Shown in pieces: positions 19,734-29,354 of a stretch of 64,000 nucleotides of DNA. Source of the DNA: Desulfatiglandales bacterium (GTDB taxonomy: Bacteria; Desulfobacterota; DSM-4660; Desulfatiglandales; Desulfatiglandaceae). Below the pieces are notes generated by a model that worked only from the letters and a program-made list of their open reading frames with translations, was not told the DNA's origin and did not search any database. The stretch's first letter is position 1; each line of letters opens with the position of its first letter. The translations under genes and the position numbers were made by a program. The DNA lies in NCBI GenBank assembly GCA_963662465.1, contig OY759599.1:5120001-5184000 (forward strand), read 5' to 3'.

Positions 19734-20939
19734 TTAGCCCACCTTAAAGATGATGGCTCCACCCGTATCACCAGCCGCGCATCCGGTCCACAGGAAGTAA
19801 CCGCCGCCCTTCATGGCGATTTCTTCAAATCCTTCCACGATATTCCTGCCGGCGGTGGGTCCCTGGGGATGTCCGTAGATCAGGGAAGATCCGTAGTTAT
19901 TGAAACAAAGATCGTCGGTTCCCATGGCATCAATGCCGAACTGCTGGGCGAAAAAGAGATCGTTCACCACAAAGGGGTTGTGGGTCTTGATAACCTTGAT
20001 GTCATTGATGGTGAGACCCGCATTCTTGAGGGCCATTTTCGTGGCCGGAACGGGGGCCGCCGCCATATGTCCCGGTGCGGTCCTTGAGTAGCCATAGGCA
20101 ATGATCTGAATGGGAATGGCGGGATCAGCACTCAATTCTTTGGCCTTTTCCTCGGTGGCGACAATGATGGAACAGTTTCCATCCGCCGGAAAGGTCTGCG
20201 CGCCAAAGGAGTGTACGCCGCCGGGAATCACCGGCTTGAGACGCGCCAGGCCCTCTTTTGTGGTGGGCACGGGGCCTTCGTCCAGTTCCACCAGTTTGGA
20301 CTTTTTCTTGCTCAACTTGACTTCCGCGGGGAACATATAGCGTTTCTGAAAGGCCCGGTCATCGGCAAGGGCCTCCATATACTGCTCATACCGCCTCAAA
20401 ACCAGTTCATCACACTGTTCCTTGGTAAACCCGCCTTCCTTGGCAACGTTTTCAGCGGTCTCAATCATTTTCAAACCCACATTGGGATCGCTGTTGAAAT
20501 TGTCCATGAGCCAGTTCTCGGAGAGTACTTCGCCACCGGGTCCCATGGGATTCGGCCATATGGTATGGGGACCGTTGGAGCAACGGTCGGTCATCAAGGT
20601 GCAGCAATTTTCATAGATCCCCGTCTCCACGCCCATGGCGGCGGTAAAAACGCTGGTGGTGCTGGTGGTGCAGGCCTGGCTGATGGTCACGCCGGGAATT
20701 TCTCCGGCGCCCATAACTGCGGCGGCCCAGGCGCTGGCATAAAACTGATGTTTCTGGCTAATGGTGATGCCGAAAACCAGATAATCAAACATGGTCGCAT
20801 CCCAATTCTTTTGGGCCAACCAGCGTTTAGCGGTTTTGCCCGCCAATTCAATGGAATTCTCATTGGCCATGCTCCCCTGCCAACGGGTAAAAGGGGTTGA
20901 ATAATATCCGCCGAACGGAACAAATGCTTTTGTCAACAT
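19734..20939 (-). CDS. thiolase family protein (atypical HNPF motif)
   Basis: QACTTS, DEGP, GHPQG, TGCAAG. Confidence 0.88.
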   Translation of the reverse strand: MLTKAFVPFGGYYSTPFTRWQGSMANENSIELAGKTAKRWLAQKNWDATMFDYLVFGITISQKHQFYASAWAAAVMGAGEIPGVTISQACTTSTTSVFTAAMGVETGIYENCCTLMTDRCSNGPHTIWPNPMGPGGEVLSENWLMDNFNSDPNVGLKMIETAENVAKEGGFTKEQCDELVLRRYEQYMEALADDRAFQKRYMFPAEVKLSKKKSKLVELDEGPVPTTKEGLARLKPVIPGGVHSFGAQTFPADGNCSIIVATEEKAKELSADPAIPIQIIAYGYSRTAPGHMAAAPVPATKMALKNAGLTINDIKVIKTHNPFVVNDLFFAQQFGIDAMGTDDLCFNNYGSSLIYGHPQGPTAGRNIVEGFEEIAMKGGGYFLWTGCAAGDTGGAIIFKVG

Positions 20940-20976
20940 GCGTTTTTCCTCCAATTATTGGTTTACCATGAAAATA

Positions 20977-21168
20977 CAGCTGTTAGCTATTAGCTATTAG
21001 CTATTAGCCGTTAGCCGTTAGCCGTTAGCCGTTAGCTTAAAAGCGGTAGATGTTATTTTCATCCGCAGGGGTGGCAAATCCCCTTGTCATGAGCGTTTAC
21101 CATAAAAACACAGTTAGCTGTTAGGACGTCAGTTAACACTAACAGCTAATAGCTAATAGCTAACAGCT
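20977..21168. repeat. heptamer tandem repeats (RTTAGCY / AGCTAAY) around a dispersed ~55-bp element
   Basis: (ATTAGCT)3(GTTAGCC)n then inverted AGCTAAT copies; related repeats at 2577-2595 and 5233-5284. Confidence 0.8.
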
Positions 21169-21173
21169 TCCTA

Positions 21174-22754
21174 TCAGGCATCACTCCATTTGCCGTATTT
21201 TTCCCTGAGAATACGATGTAGAATTTTTCCCGTGGGCGTCCTCGGCATCTCATCGTCTTTCACAAAATCAATGGTCTTGGGCCGCTTGAACCCGGCAATC
21301 TTGCCGCGCGAAAATTCCAGAATGGCCTTGGCCGTTTCTTCGTTTTCCTCGTAGCCGTCATTTAAAACCACCACCGCCTTAATGGCCTCTCCCCATTTCT
21401 CATCGGGAATACCAATGACGGCGATATCGCGAATGGCTTCATGGGCGCCTACGGCGCTTTCAATCTCCGAGGGATAAACATTTTCGCCCCCGGTAATAAT
21501 CATGTTTGCCTTTCGATCCACAAGGGTATAATACCCATCTTCGTCTCTTTTGACCATATCGCCGGCGGAAGACCATTCCCCGATAAATGCCTCTTTGGTC
21601 TTTTCAGGCTCTTTCAGGTATTCCTTAAACAGCATGGGGGTCCGATAGAATAATTCACCCACTTCGCCATCCGGCACTTCATTTCGCTCTTCATCCAGAA
21701 TTTTGATCCGGTCGGCGCCGAAAATCTCCTTACCGATGGAGCCCAGTTTTTTGAACTGATCCTCGGGCCTGAGCAAAGTAACCAACCCGCCTTCGGAACT
21801 CCCATAGGCCTCCCAGAGTTCAGCATTTTTAAAGTATTCCATGATGGCCAGTTTGAGATCTTTTCTGGCCGGCGCCGAGGAAATGAGCAATTGGCGGATG
21901 GAAGATACATCAATACTGTTTCGAACCTCATCAGGAAGACCCAGCATCATAATGTAGTGGGTGGGCACCAGAGAAGTGAAAGTAATCTTATATTCTTCAA
22001 TGGTCTTAAGGAGATCTACCGGATCAAAGCTGACCATATTGTAAACAAAGACCGAAGCCGACACCAGGGTGTAAGGAAATGAGTAAAAAATGGAATTCAC
22101 ATGGCACATGGGCATCACCAGCATCACCTTATCCGTGGGTCGCACGCCCATGTTGATATTGTTCAGATAATATTGTGAGACATTGGATTCATGGGTCCTC
22201 ATCACGCCTTTCGGTCTACCCGTGGTGCCGGATGTGTACATAATACACCAGATATCGGCGGAATCCACCATGAGATCCGGCTCTTCCGGTGAGGCCTTGG
22301 ACAGGAAATCTTCATAAGCGACATATCCCTTCGGAGCGGGGCCTTCACCCAAAAATATGTAGTTCTCGCTGGGAATCGGAAGTTTGTCTCTGATGCCGTC
22401 AATCATTTCAACAAAGGGGGCTTCCACCACAATCGCCTTGCATTCGGAATGGTTAACGATATATTCAATGTCTGGACCTGCCAGTCGAAACATGATGGGC
22501 ACCACCATCTGTCCACCCTTGGCACATCCGGCGTAAATGTCCATCCATTCTCCGCGGTTAAATGCGAGGACGGCAAAGGCATCTTTATGCCCCACACCCA
22601 GGTCGTGAAGCCCGTTGGCAAACTGACAGGATCTTTTATTCCATTCCCTAAAAGTGAATTCCTGATTTTTATCCTGCCATCCAAGCTTGTCAGGATAATT
22701 AATGGCGTTCATCTTCAAAATCGTACCCGCATGCGTCCATTTACTGATAGTCAT
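21174..22754 (-). CDS. AMP-binding acyl-CoA synthetase
   Basis: YTSGTTGRPKG, YGSSEG, GD, DRK, TGKI. Confidence 0.92.
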   Translation of the reverse strand: MTISKWTHAGTILKMNAINYPDKLGWQDKNQEFTFREWNKRSCQFANGLHDLGVGHKDAFAVLAFNRGEWMDIYAGCAKGGQMVVPIMFRLAGPDIEYIVNHSECKAIVVEAPFVEMIDGIRDKLPIPSENYIFLGEGPAPKGYVAYEDFLSKASPEEPDLMVDSADIWCIMYTSGTTGRPKGVMRTHESNVSQYYLNNINMGVRPTDKVMLVMPMCHVNSIFYSFPYTLVSASVFVYNMVSFDPVDLLKTIEEYKITFTSLVPTHYIMMLGLPDEVRNSIDVSSIRQLLISSAPARKDLKLAIMEYFKNAELWEAYGSSEGGLVTLLRPEDQFKKLGSIGKEIFGADRIKILDEERNEVPDGEVGELFYRTPMLFKEYLKEPEKTKEAFIGEWSSAGDMVKRDEDGYYTLVDRKANMIITGGENVYPSEIESAVGAHEAIRDIAVIGIPDEKWGEAIKAVVVLNDGYEENEETAKAILEFSRGKIAGFKRPKTIDFVKDDEMPRTPTGKILHRILREKYGKWSDA

Positions 22755-22875
22755 GTTCATCCCTCCCTCAATTTCGGATTTCGGATTGCGGATTGCGGAT
22801 TCTACTCTTTTCACCGCATTTCAAAATCCATTGCTATTGTTTAATGTGGATAATGCATCCCGGATTCCGAAAGTC

Positions 22876-23652
22876 CTATTGATGCTCCATAGCAAAGAGC
22901 GCTGCCCCGATAGCCCCGGTTAATTGGGGGTGCTCCGGCGTCAGGATCTTTTTCCCGGTCTTTTCTTCCACCATCTTGACCAGAAACGGGTTATGAGCCA
23001 CCACGCCGCCGGTCATGGCCACTATGTCGGTTAGAGAATCCATTTCGAGAATCCTTTTGATCACCGAATAAAAAAGCCCCTTGACAATGGCGGGTACCTT
23101 CTTCCCCTGTCTGATTTTTTCAAGAACCTCCGTCCCTGAAAAAACGGTGCAATAACTTCCCAATTCTACCATCTCTTCCGATTGACGGGCAAGGCCATCC
23201 ATTTCTTCCAGTGGAATATCCAGCCGCATGGCCATCTCTTCCAGGAAGGCCCCGGTGCCGGCGGCGCATTTCCGATTCATCTTGAAATTAAGGCGCCGAC
23301 CCTTTTCATCCACCTTGATAATTTTGTTGTCCTGTCCACCGATATCGATAATGGTCATGGCCATGGGGAAATAGTGGAAACATCCCTTGGCATGGCACCC
23401 AATCTCCGTTTTGGCGCCGGTACTGAAAGTAACGTTTTTTCGACCATATCCGGTGGAGAAGCAACCCACCACATCTTCTTTTACGGCATTGGCCATCTTC
23501 AAAGATTCAGCCAACCCCTTGTCAGCGGTTTCGCTGAAATCAGTCCCGGATTTCAAGACCGCATAACCGACAAGCTGTTTATCGCCGTCCAAAATGGCGA
23601 CCTTGGTGCGAGAGGCACCGATATCCACGCCCACATACAGTTGTTTTTTCAT
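22876..23652 (-). CDS. 2-hydroxyacyl-CoA dehydratase activase (HgdC/BcrAD-like ASKHA ATPase)
   Basis: GVDIGASRTK, STGYGR, DIGGQD, KCAAGTG, CTVF. Confidence 0.92.
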   Translation of the reverse strand: MKKQLYVGVDIGASRTKVAILDGDKQLVGYAVLKSGTDFSETADKGLAESLKMANAVKEDVVGCFSTGYGRKNVTFSTGAKTEIGCHAKGCFHYFPMAMTIIDIGGQDNKIIKVDEKGRRLNFKMNRKCAAGTGAFLEEMAMRLDIPLEEMDGLARQSEEMVELGSYCTVFSGTEVLEKIRQGKKVPAIVKGLFYSVIKRILEMDSLTDIVAMTGGVVAHNPFLVKMVEEKTGKKILTPEHPQLTGAIGAALFAMEHQ

Positions 23653-23736
23653 TCTCGCTATTTCGAACCGAAAGATTTCCGGATCAATAAATTACGGCTG
23701 AAAATCCGCAATCCGAAATCCGAAATCCACAATTCC

Positions 23737-24975
23737 CTATTCCTCCAGTTGTTCAATGAACGCTTCAATATTGGTTTTGGCCTGTTCCTCGGAGTAACAC
23801 CTGAGATCGCATAAATCTCCGTTGATGGTAAGGACCGGAATTCCTAATTTTCGGCACAAGCGCTCCGGCATGCCGTAACGGTTGTTCGAGTTGTTGGGGC
23901 AGGTCTTGGCGTCATGAAAGAGGATGCCGTCAAATTTATATTTCTCAAAACAATCGGTGATGTATTGCTCCTTATAGGGCTCGTCCCTGACGATAAACAG
24001 TTCCGTATAGGCCCGGGCCATGCTTTCAAAGGGCGCCGCCGGATCGAGCTGATCAAATATCCAGCTATTGCAGTAGGTGGAGGCCACCACGCAGGCTTTG
24101 AGGGAGAGCAACTGATCCGACAAAGGCCGCAGTTTCCCCCAGATGGGCATCCCTTCCCAGTAGAGCCGGTGCCTTTCCCCCTCCACGGCGGCCACGCCAT
24201 CTTTGATGCGTTGCTGCAATTCCGGCAGCAGGAGTTCATAATAATCCACTGCCTCCTTTGTGCCCCGGGCCACCACGGCCGGGCCCATGTGGATAGTGGC
24301 GTCAAAAAAGGTCCAGGGAGAGGGAATGGCGCCGGCCGATTCCAGGCAGGCCCGCCAGAGTTCGGAGGTTCGCCTGGAATACCCCAGGGCCTCCTTAAAA
24401 CGGTCCATATCCAGCCTTTCGCCGGTGACAGCCTCCAGGCGGGGGACCAGTCCCTCGAACTGGCTGGCAATATCCTTGATCTGCATGGGTTCGATGTCCC
24501 CGATATCCCGGTGGGTATGGACCCCCACCAGGGGCACATTCAACTCCCTGGCATACCAGGCAAACCAGTCCTGTACATCCCGGCACTGGTTGGTGTTGAA
24601 CACCAGCACATCGGGTCTGGGCACCGATTCAATATTGTAAACCTTGGTGAGCGGGCTTTTTTTCTGAATATAGCTTCCCACGTCACATGTGAGATAGGAA
24701 CAGATATCGGGGGAATACCCCAGCGCGTTGGCGTAGGGAATCAGATCCGTGGACATGCGGGTAGCGCCCAGCATGGCGCCGTGGTTTTCCGGGAAATAAA
24801 CCAGAAACCCCATCCCCCGGAGCAGTTCCGCCGGGCCCACGCTGGTACACCAGGCGATTTTCCTGGAACCGGTCTTGACTGCCTCATCCATTTCATAAAA
24901 GTGGTCGGCCATGAGCTTTTTGCATGCCTTGGCTGCCGCAATCTTCTTAAACTGACCCTGCTTTTGCTCCGTCAT
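23737..24975 (-). CDS. 2-hydroxyacyl-CoA dehydratase subunit (HgdA/FldB-like)
   Basis: FPENHGA, GYSPDICSY, NQC, KTC, IEAFIE. Confidence 0.88.
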   Translation of the reverse strand: MTEQKQGQFKKIAAAKACKKLMADHFYEMDEAVKTGSRKIAWCTSVGPAELLRGMGFLVYFPENHGAMLGATRMSTDLIPYANALGYSPDICSYLTCDVGSYIQKKSPLTKVYNIESVPRPDVLVFNTNQCRDVQDWFAWYARELNVPLVGVHTHRDIGDIEPMQIKDIASQFEGLVPRLEAVTGERLDMDRFKEALGYSRRTSELWRACLESAGAIPSPWTFFDATIHMGPAVVARGTKEAVDYYELLLPELQQRIKDGVAAVEGERHRLYWEGMPIWGKLRPLSDQLLSLKACVVASTYCNSWIFDQLDPAAPFESMARAYTELFIVRDEPYKEQYITDCFEKYKFDGILFHDAKTCPNNSNNRYGMPERLCRKLGIPVLTINGDLCDLRCYSEEQAKTNIEAFIEQLEE

Positions 24976-24988
24976 GAGGATCCTCTTT

Positions 24989-27589
24989 CTATTCTTCCAA
25001 CGCTTTTGCGACCATTTCGGTGATATCCATCACCTTCATCTTGCCCCGTTCCTTTTTGGGAATGGCCTTGACGCCTTTTTTCAGGTTATCCTTACAGGCC
25101 GCGCAACCGGAAACGATGATCTCCGCCCCCACCGCCAGGGCATCCCGCACCCTTTCCGCGGCCATAGCCGCGGCCAGATCCGGATCACTGGCCTGCAGAC
25201 CGCCGCCGGCGCCGCAGCAACGGGCCTGAAGTCGGTTTCGAGCCATCTCCACATAGTCAAGACCCGGCACACTTTGAAGGATACTGCGCGGTTCATCAAA
25301 AATCTTGAATGTCCGACCCAGGTCGCAGGGATCGTGGTAAGTGACCTTTTTCCCCAAATCCCCTTTCAGCTTAATCCGGCCGTCCTGGATCAATTTTTCA
25401 AGATAATGGACCGAATGATAGATTTTTAGGCCCAAATCGCCGATTTCCGGATAGAGTTTGACAAAGGTCTTGTAACAGCCGGCGCACGGCGTCACCAGCT
25501 CCTTGGCCCCGGTGGCTTTAATCTTTTCAATGAGTTTTTTCCCATTGGCCGCAAACCCTTCACGGTCCCCCATGAGAAACAAAGGGAATCCGCAGCAACT
25601 CTCGCTAATAGCCAGAGTGGTATAGTCCACTCCGGCTGCATCCAGTGGTTTGATGAGGCTGGGTACCATTTTCATGTCCAAATAACTGGGAACGCATCCC
25701 ATGAACAGCAGGGTTTCCGCCTGTGGCTTGAGTTGTGCGTCTTCTACCAGCTTCTTGAGGGCTGGTGGATAAATGTCGATCCGGTCTTCCCTGGCGCTGG
25801 CATACACGTTTCCGGTTTTTTCAATGTTGTCCCGCACCGCCAAAACCGGTTCAGGCGTAAGCCCCTTTTTATAGAGCTTCTCCCGAACGTTTTCCACAAT
25901 CTCATCCACCTTGACCTGGGCCGGACAGAAATAGGTGCAGGCCTGGCAAGTGGTGCAGGTATAAAAGGATTCAACAAATTCCTTATCCGGTTCGATGGTC
26001 CCATTCAAAAAATTAAACGCCAGAACATTTCGACCTCTGGCATTCTTGCTTTCCCGGTGGGTAACGCTGAAGGTGGGACATCCCAGACGGCAGAACCCGC
26101 AACAGATGCAAGCCAGAATTTCGTTGTCAATACGTTCACCATAGGAATTGACGCCTTCCGGATGATCGATGAGCGGTTGAAAGGCAAAATAGTCGTAAAT
26201 ATCGTATTTTTTCTTTTCCAGCCCCATTTTCCCGGGATTGAGAATATTATTGGGGTCCAGCGCATTCTTGATGGACCGCATGACGTCCAGGGCCGGTCCC
26301 AGCTGTTTTTCAATATAGGGAGCCCGGGCCAGCCCCGTCCCGTGTTCGGCGGTAATGGTCCCCCCCATTTCAAGGGCCAGGTCCGCCAGCTCGTCGGCGG
26401 CGGGCCGCAGCCGGTCCCATTCATCCTTGCTCCGCATGTCCGTGACCATGGTGGTGTGGACGTTCCCATCGCCGATATGCCCGAAAGTGGTCATGAGCAA
26501 GTTATATTTTTGGGATATTGCCTGTGCGCGTTTGATCACTTCCGGAATTTTGGTGGGGGGAATGCCCAGGTCTTCTGAAATGGCCACCAGCCGGTGTCCG
26601 GGTTTGATTCGGGAGAGAGTCGGCACCAGTTTCCCCCTGGCCTCCATGATTTCTCCGGCTCTTGCGGGATCATCGGACCAGGTAAATTCTTTGACCTGAT
26701 GTTTATGGCAGATGTCGTTGATCCGTTCCATGTCCTTGACAACGGTCTCCTGGACCCCGTCCGACTCAATGATCAGCATAGCCTCGATGCCCGTAATATC
26801 CCGTTCAATGGCCTTTTCCACGACCTTCAGGCTGTATTTGTCGAGAATTTCACAGGCGGTGAGCTGAATGCCTGACCCAATGATGTCGGTGACGGCGGCG
26901 CCCGCCGCAAACAGGTCATCAAAAATTGCCAGGGCCAAAGCGTTGTATTCCGGCAGGATCTGGATTTTAACGGTAACCTCCGTAATGACCCCCAGGGTCC
27001 CTTCGGAACTGGCGAAGACCCGGTTGAGATCATAGCCGAAAGAGGATTTGGGCGTTTTAAAGCCGGTTTTAATAACGGCGCCGTCCGCCATAACCACCGT
27101 GAGATCCTTGACGTAATCCCGGGCCGTTCCGTATTTGACGGCCCGGTGACCGCTGGCGTTGGTGGACATCATACCGCCGATGGTGGCGATGGCCTCACTG
27201 CCGGGGTTAGGGGGGAACATGAGGTTCTGTTTGCGCAGTTCCGTATTTAATTGTACGCAGATGACGCCCGGTTCCACCCGGGCATAGAAGTTGCTCTTGT
27301 CGATTTCAAGGATATGGTTCATGCGGTGAAGATCCAGGAGGATACCCCCTTCCACGGGCAGAGAAGCCCCCGTGGTGGCGGTTCCCGAACCCTGCACCGT
27401 CACCGGAACCTTGTGTTCATTGGCGAGCCGCATGATGGCGGACACCTGGTCCGTGGTAAAGGCAAAAACCACCGCATCGGGGATGCCCTCATGCACGGAA
27501 AGATCTCGAGAATAACTCAAACATTCGACGCGATCATTAAATACGTTTTCCCGGCCGACGATTTCGATAAGTTCGGGTATGATATCCAT
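24989..27589 (-). CDS. FAD-linked 2-hydroxyacid oxidoreductase fused to Fe-S/CCG domains (GlcD-GlcF-like)
   Basis: SEGTLG, GHIGDGNVH, AEHGTG, NPGK; two ferredoxin-type motifs; CCG, HDPC, CCGAGGG. Confidence 0.9.
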   Translation of the reverse strand: MDIIPELIEIVGRENVFNDRVECLSYSRDLSVHEGIPDAVVFAFTTDQVSAIMRLANEHKVPVTVQGSGTATTGASLPVEGGILLDLHRMNHILEIDKSNFYARVEPGVICVQLNTELRKQNLMFPPNPGSEAIATIGGMMSTNASGHRAVKYGTARDYVKDLTVVMADGAVIKTGFKTPKSSFGYDLNRVFASSEGTLGVITEVTVKIQILPEYNALALAIFDDLFAAGAAVTDIIGSGIQLTACEILDKYSLKVVEKAIERDITGIEAMLIIESDGVQETVVKDMERINDICHKHQVKEFTWSDDPARAGEIMEARGKLVPTLSRIKPGHRLVAISEDLGIPPTKIPEVIKRAQAISQKYNLLMTTFGHIGDGNVHTTMVTDMRSKDEWDRLRPAADELADLALEMGGTITAEHGTGLARAPYIEKQLGPALDVMRSIKNALDPNNILNPGKMGLEKKKYDIYDYFAFQPLIDHPEGVNSYGERIDNEILACICCGFCRLGCPTFSVTHRESKNARGRNVLAFNFLNGTIEPDKEFVESFYTCTTCQACTYFCPAQVKVDEIVENVREKLYKKGLTPEPVLAVRDNIEKTGNVYASAREDRIDIYPPALKKLVEDAQLKPQAETLLFMGCVPSYLDMKMVPSLIKPLDAAGVDYTTLAISESCCGFPLFLMGDREGFAANGKKLIEKIKATGAKELVTPCAGCYKTFVKLYPEIGDLGLKIYHSVHYLEKLIQDGRIKLKGDLGKKVTYHDPCDLGRTFKIFDEPRSILQSVPGLDYVEMARNRLQARCCGAGGGLQASDPDLAAAMAAERVRDALAVGAEIIVSGCAACKDNLKKGVKAIPKKERGKMKVMDITEMVAKALEE

Positions 27590-27739
27590 GGCATGACCTC
27601 CTGTTAGTGTGGGCTTTGGACAGCGGTTTTCAATTTTTTCGAGCTGACGAGGCAGCCCCTTCATGGCTATGATTTAGCTACAATGTGACTAAATATCAGC
27701 CGATGGAAGGTTTGTCAAGGCAAAAGAGGAGACAACGGA

Positions 27740-29092
27740 TTAAGGAGTTTTTCCAAAAAGCCCCCTGATTTCCACTCGATCGAACCATCCAAAGGATCGC
27801 CTGATTTGCCCAAGCCAACTGGAGGTGTAAATATAATTGACCATGATGCCGCAGGATTCCCGCAATCCCTTGGGGGAGGGGTTAGCCAGGAAATGAACAT
27901 TTTTTTCGGTGACGGCGGCGCCGTTCCCCAGATGAAACCCCGCAACGGGATTGCGGGGCTTGTTCCGGGACGTTTTTTCTTCGGCGATATAGTGGTACGC
28001 GATTCGGCAAAGGGGGCTTTTCAGGTCCTTTTTCAGGCCTTCGTCCCGAACCCATCCCTCCCGGCTCAAAATGGAAAGGAGGACCTTACAGAAACCGTTT
28101 GAAGTTATACTTTCTTCTCCTTCTCGTTCCAGGAGCTTTGCTGCGGCTTTTTTCGGAAAATAGTCCATGACATCATCCTGCTTGAGGGAAAAGCCGTCAT
28201 CTTTTCCTTCCAGCAGGGGTTTTAAATAGCCGTTCCAAAAACCGGGAATCGGACTCAGAGTCACGAAATTTTTGAGTTTTTTATTTTCAGTTTTCAAGTA
28301 TTCCACAACCTTTCCAATCAACATTTTGCCCATCCCCAGCCCCACCAATCCGTTCTGGGTATTGTTGATGGAATAGAAAACGGCCGTATCGGCCCTGGTT
28401 TCACCCGGCCGGTTTTCGGGTTCGGCCATGATTTCGGCCATGCTTCGAGCAATCCCCCGGGTCAGGGCCACTTCGATAAAAATGATGGGTTCATAAGGCA
28501 TCAACCGGTGGTAAAGGGCGAAGCAACGCCGGTCCTTGCCCAGGCGCCGGCCCATTTCCTCGATGCCGGCCATAGGGTGGACCAAGTCGCGATCCTTGAT
28601 AAGGGCGATCTGCCCGTAAGCGGAGTTGAGGGTGATTTCTTCCAGATAAAGAAAGCCTTCCTGAAACCACATCTCAAAAAGGAAGACGATGTCGGAATCC
28701 AGGGGCTTCAGATTGAGCGCTGTCCTGCGGCTGATAGACAACAAATCCCCTCGAAAATCCAGGAGGAATTTAAGGCCGCCCGGAGACAGGGAGATCTTCT
28801 TGAAAACGTCAAGGCGCGGCGAATAGGCCAGGGTTCTCAGTTGGGAAATCAGGTGGGGCCAGGATGGATCATTCGGTCGACATGCCGCCAGGGTCTTCAG
28901 CAGGGGCTGTAAATCATCTGGAAGGACTTCCATCCGGTCAATGACCACTCGGAAAAAATTCTCTTTTTCACTTTTTTCCAAGGTCTCATACAAGCCTTTG
29001 GCCTCTTCAAACACCTTGTTCACGTCAACATCTTTTTTTCGGATGGTTTGAAAGGCTTCGATGATGGCTTCAACGGGCTCTTGGTTCTGCAT
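27740..29092 (-). CDS. malonyl-CoA decarboxylase
   Basis: DRRCFA, FIEVAL, FYSINN, TLSPIPGF, PVAGFHLGNGA. Confidence 0.88.
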   Translation of the reverse strand: MQNQEPVEAIIEAFQTIRKKDVDVNKVFEEAKGLYETLEKSEKENFFRVVIDRMEVLPDDLQPLLKTLAACRPNDPSWPHLISQLRTLAYSPRLDVFKKISLSPGGLKFLLDFRGDLLSISRRTALNLKPLDSDIVFLFEMWFQEGFLYLEEITLNSAYGQIALIKDRDLVHPMAGIEEMGRRLGKDRRCFALYHRLMPYEPIIFIEVALTRGIARSMAEIMAEPENRPGETRADTAVFYSINNTQNGLVGLGMGKMLIGKVVEYLKTENKKLKNFVTLSPIPGFWNGYLKPLLEGKDDGFSLKQDDVMDYFPKKAAAKLLEREGEESITSNGFCKVLLSILSREGWVRDEGLKKDLKSPLCRIAYHYIAEEKTSRNKPRNPVAGFHLGNGAAVTEKNVHFLANPSPKGLRESCGIMVNYIYTSSWLGQIRRSFGWFDRVEIRGLFGKTP

Positions 29093-29204
29093 GGGCGCAT
29101 TCCTCGAAAAATCGGAGAGTGTACCATCATAACATTCCAAAAACGTCAATAGCAAGACCAAGACTTGGGAACCGGCAATTCCAATTTGAAATGATAATCT
29201 TGTG

Positions 29205-29247
29205 GTAGAGACAATGCATGCTTAGACAAGGCATGCCTTGTCTCTAC
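29205..29247. repeat. GTAG-type REP palindrome
   Basis: GTAGAGACAA...AGACAAGGCATGCCTTGTCTCTAC. Confidence 0.6.
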
Positions 29248-29354
29248 AGCAAATATGAGACGGATGCTTTACAATTCCGTTTTCGGGTGCTAAATTCATC
29301 GAAAAATAGTTCTACATTTGGGTGTGGCGAAGAATCCGTGTGTGGAGATGATCC

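Noticed and set aside
22876..24975. Class I benzoyl-CoA reductase
   Set aside because: Only one activase and one catalytic-type subunit; no dch/had/oah genes nearby
23914..25023. Long antisense ORFs (also 12648-13625, 25733-26578, 9115-9843)
   Set aside because: Opposite well-supported genes; no motifs
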